A stretch of DNA of 64,000 nt from Vicugna vicugna (Eukaryota): positions 1,638,722 through 1,702,721 of the forward strand of contig MU059820.1 of the NCBI GenBank assembly GCA_013265495.1, given 5' to 3'. Below the pieces are notes generated by a model, which saw nothing but the letters and a program-made list of their open reading frames with translations, did not search any database and had not been told where the DNA came from. Both the position numbers and the translations under genes were made by a program. This document shows positions 61,389-64,000 of the stretch, piece by piece. How positions within the stretch are numbered: the first letter of the stretch is position 1; every line of letters begins with the position of its first letter.

Positions 61389-61685
61389 CTAGAATAAACC
61401 GGCACTGGTGAAGGTGCTTGGATATTGTGGGGTTAACTCAGCAACAGAGAAGCTCTTTAATATCTGAACTCTGTTGCCAAACAAGTTTCCAATAATTAGC
61501 ATGATGTTCTGCCTCTGTGAGCCTATCATTTATATTTTGATGATTCAAAGTCTTACAGTGTCCCAACATCACTCTTAGTTTAATTCTCGCCATATAGCAA
61601 TGCAGGCGGAAGAGACACTGGGGACATAGGACCGAATCTATACTGGTCCAGGAAAGGTCCTGGAAGCCACTTTTTAAAAACGATC

Positions 61686-61806
61686 CCTATTGTGATGTTC
61701 CCACAACCCTGTGACTATATTAAAAACCACAGTGTTGAACACTTTAAGTGGGGGGATGGGTACTGTATGGCATGTGAATTATATCTCATTATCACTTAAA
61801 AAAAGA
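61686..61806 (+). mobile_element. Short old LINE-1 (L1M) 3' terminal fragment
   Basis: cacaaccctgtgactatattaaaaaccac...gaacactttaa...gtatgg..tgtgaattatatctca. Confidence 0.6.
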
Positions 61807-62466
61807 GGCTGAATTTTTTAAATGATCCCTGATATTAACTCTCTGAATTATTTCTTAAAATAGAAGTCAGGAAAATAAAATAATCAAAATGAGAGGAATA
61901 ATCAAACTTCTTCTATGCCTTTTTAACTACCACATTGAGCACCACAGCCTTGAGTAAAATGAATTTTTTTCTCTCTTTGAGTTATGTTCAAGAGACATGC
62001 TCACGAGAAAGAAGTGGAAAACAGTGGATTTCTTATTTCGTTGCTTCTTCTGAGAAAGGCATAAGAGCTTCTGAGAGTTAAAAGCTTGGGTCGGCCTGAT
62101 GCCAGCTGTGGGTGGGGAGGAGGCAGGGGCCAAGCACAGAATCTGCTTGCGACTGGACCCCAAATGGATTCTGGGAGGATGTGGTTTCTTGCCTCCAAGG
62201 ATCAGCAGGTGGTGTGGAAGCTCTGGGCAGCACTTTGCAATCAAGTGCCCACTCCATGTAAATTCCAGTGCCATCTGGGGTGGGGGCTGGCAGACGAAAG
62301 ACCCCTCCATGTGACACTTGCTACAGACATAGTAGGGACCTCACAGAGAAAATTCAGGAAAATAAATGTCCCTATAACATAGTCATTATTCATACTGGAA
62401 TGCACAGGATGTGTCAGAAAGAGGAATTTACAAGATACAAGTAACTGAACATTAAAACCATCTCTC

Positions 62467-62506
62467 ACTCACACACACACACACTCACACACACACACTC
62501 ACACAC
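62467..62506. repeat. Interrupted (CA)n microsatellite
   Basis: cactcacacacacacacactcacacacacacactcacacac, read directly. Confidence 0.85.
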
Positions 62507-64000
62507 CCCATCACAAGCAGATGTCAAGTCACTCACAAGCATCTCAGTCTGAGAGAATGCTTTAATTCTACTATGGTTCAATCTTATCAATTTCCCTCCC
62601 CACCCCCTCTGTTTTAGGGGTGTGTGAAAACAAACAACTTCTAATGCAAGTCATTTCAATAATCAGCACACGCAATCAGTCGGCTCTCTGGCCACAGAGT
62701 CACAGATTTTACAAAACAAAAACAACAGAAAGAGTAACAAAAGATGACTGACCTTTGCCCTGTGTCTGGCGGGCTGCGATGGCTATTAAACCCATTTCCT
62801 GCGGCATCTCAAACATCAACCTGCAAACGGTGGGAAAGATTGGTCAGCCAGAACAGGGACACGACGTGAGAACCTACAGCTCAGGCACAGTGGGGGACAC
62901 CATTTGCACTCATTTGTGCGTGTGGCAGTAGGGAAGGGCCACCTTCCAGGTTTCGAGGGATCCTGGCCCCAGGCCCAGCCTCTGTAGTGAGAATGGCAGA
63001 AGAGGGATGAAGGAAACGCCACCTAATGCCAAAAAAGATGGGCAGGGGTGGACACACGTACCCGCCTGAGCTGTTATTCAGTTTATTTAAGACACTGTCA
63101 GATTCCACTTCTTTGCAATTTCCTATCAAATCCTTTTTCCCCCTTCTGAAGTGGTGTCCCTTCTTGAAGTGACAATTAGCAATTCCTGACATTTGTTTCT
63201 ACTTACAGTGTGTTTCTGTCCGAACACGAGAACATGATCATAACAGAAGTTTCTGATTATTCAGAAAACTAATATGGTGGCCATAAAGCCGTTTAAAAGA
63301 CACACTATCCCCTGAGAACTAATTATGTTTTAACTATAGTAAATAAATCTACACCTTCTGAGAACTCAGGAGAACCCTAGATCCTTTTAGGTTTGGGTTC
63401 TGCTTTTAAAATGGTTTTATTTAAAAGAATACAAACTTCCCTTTAAGGAACAGGTAAAAAAGTGTACTGTATCTCTACCAAACAAGTCAACATTAACTTT
63501 TTTTTTTCCACAAAAGGGAAAAAAAAAAAAACCCTCACTCTGAGCTGAGAATTTCCGTCCAGCTCCTTTCTACATATTTCACTCCATGTCAGGAAGCTTC
63601 TCCTCTGCATTCCCAGGAGTTGCTGACCAGGTACTGAGCAGGCATCGTTCGCGGTAGGATTTACTAAACAAAGCAAAAATCAGGTTTGCACACCATCAGT
63701 GCAGCTGCTGGGGCTTCTTTGAGACACATTTTTAGGGGAGGGAAGTGGCAAGGGCAGGGAGGACAGAGACATGGTATGTTGTACGAGCCAAGTTTCCAAG
63801 AATAGATTCCAGGGTCCCACAGCACCGGGCGCCAAGGGGAAAGCCCACACTGTGATAGTTCTTCATCCTCGCCTCCCGACTCAGGCAACTGGATGGAACT
63901 TTACAAACGGTAAGAAAAGAAAAATACTTAAACCCCGAAACTACACACAGCGCCTGTCCGTGAACACTGGCTGGCAGTCTCACAGGGCACAGGCCCGGTT

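Overview
This is mammalian genomic DNA, most likely from a camelid (inferred from five copies of a tRNA-derived Vic-1-like SINE; I recognised no Alu, B1 or Bov-tA/CHR SINEs). It is syntenic to human 21q22.13. The + strand carries essentially the whole SIM2 gene (bHLH-PAS transcription factor): 11 coding exons from about 3.1 kb to 46061, a CpG-island promoter and several intronic CpG islands. The - strand carries the last four coding exons of HLCS (holocarboxylase synthetase), which converge tail-to-tail on SIM2. Five N-gaps are present. Four fall on SIM2 coding exons (1, 8, 10, 11), and exon 8 is hidden entirely. The introns hold ordinary L1, MIR, L2, MLT1, MER5A, MER20, MER33 and ERV1-LTR relics. 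I found no convincing novel multi-gene system. The best second-look items are: (i) an apparent ~136-nt frameshifting deletion in SIM2 exon 11, most likely an assembly artefact; (ii) a dyad-symmetric bidirectional poly(A) site between SIM2 and HLCS, with possible 3'UTR overlap; (iii) a candidate NMD poison exon and a sense-oriented LTR poly(A) signal in HLCS introns; (iv) a single-AUG uORF in the SIM2 leader; (v) a frameshifted SIM2s tail; (vi) a perfect SoxE-type palindrome in SIM2 intron 1. All comparisons to human, mouse, yeast or repeat consensus sequences are from memory, not from a search.
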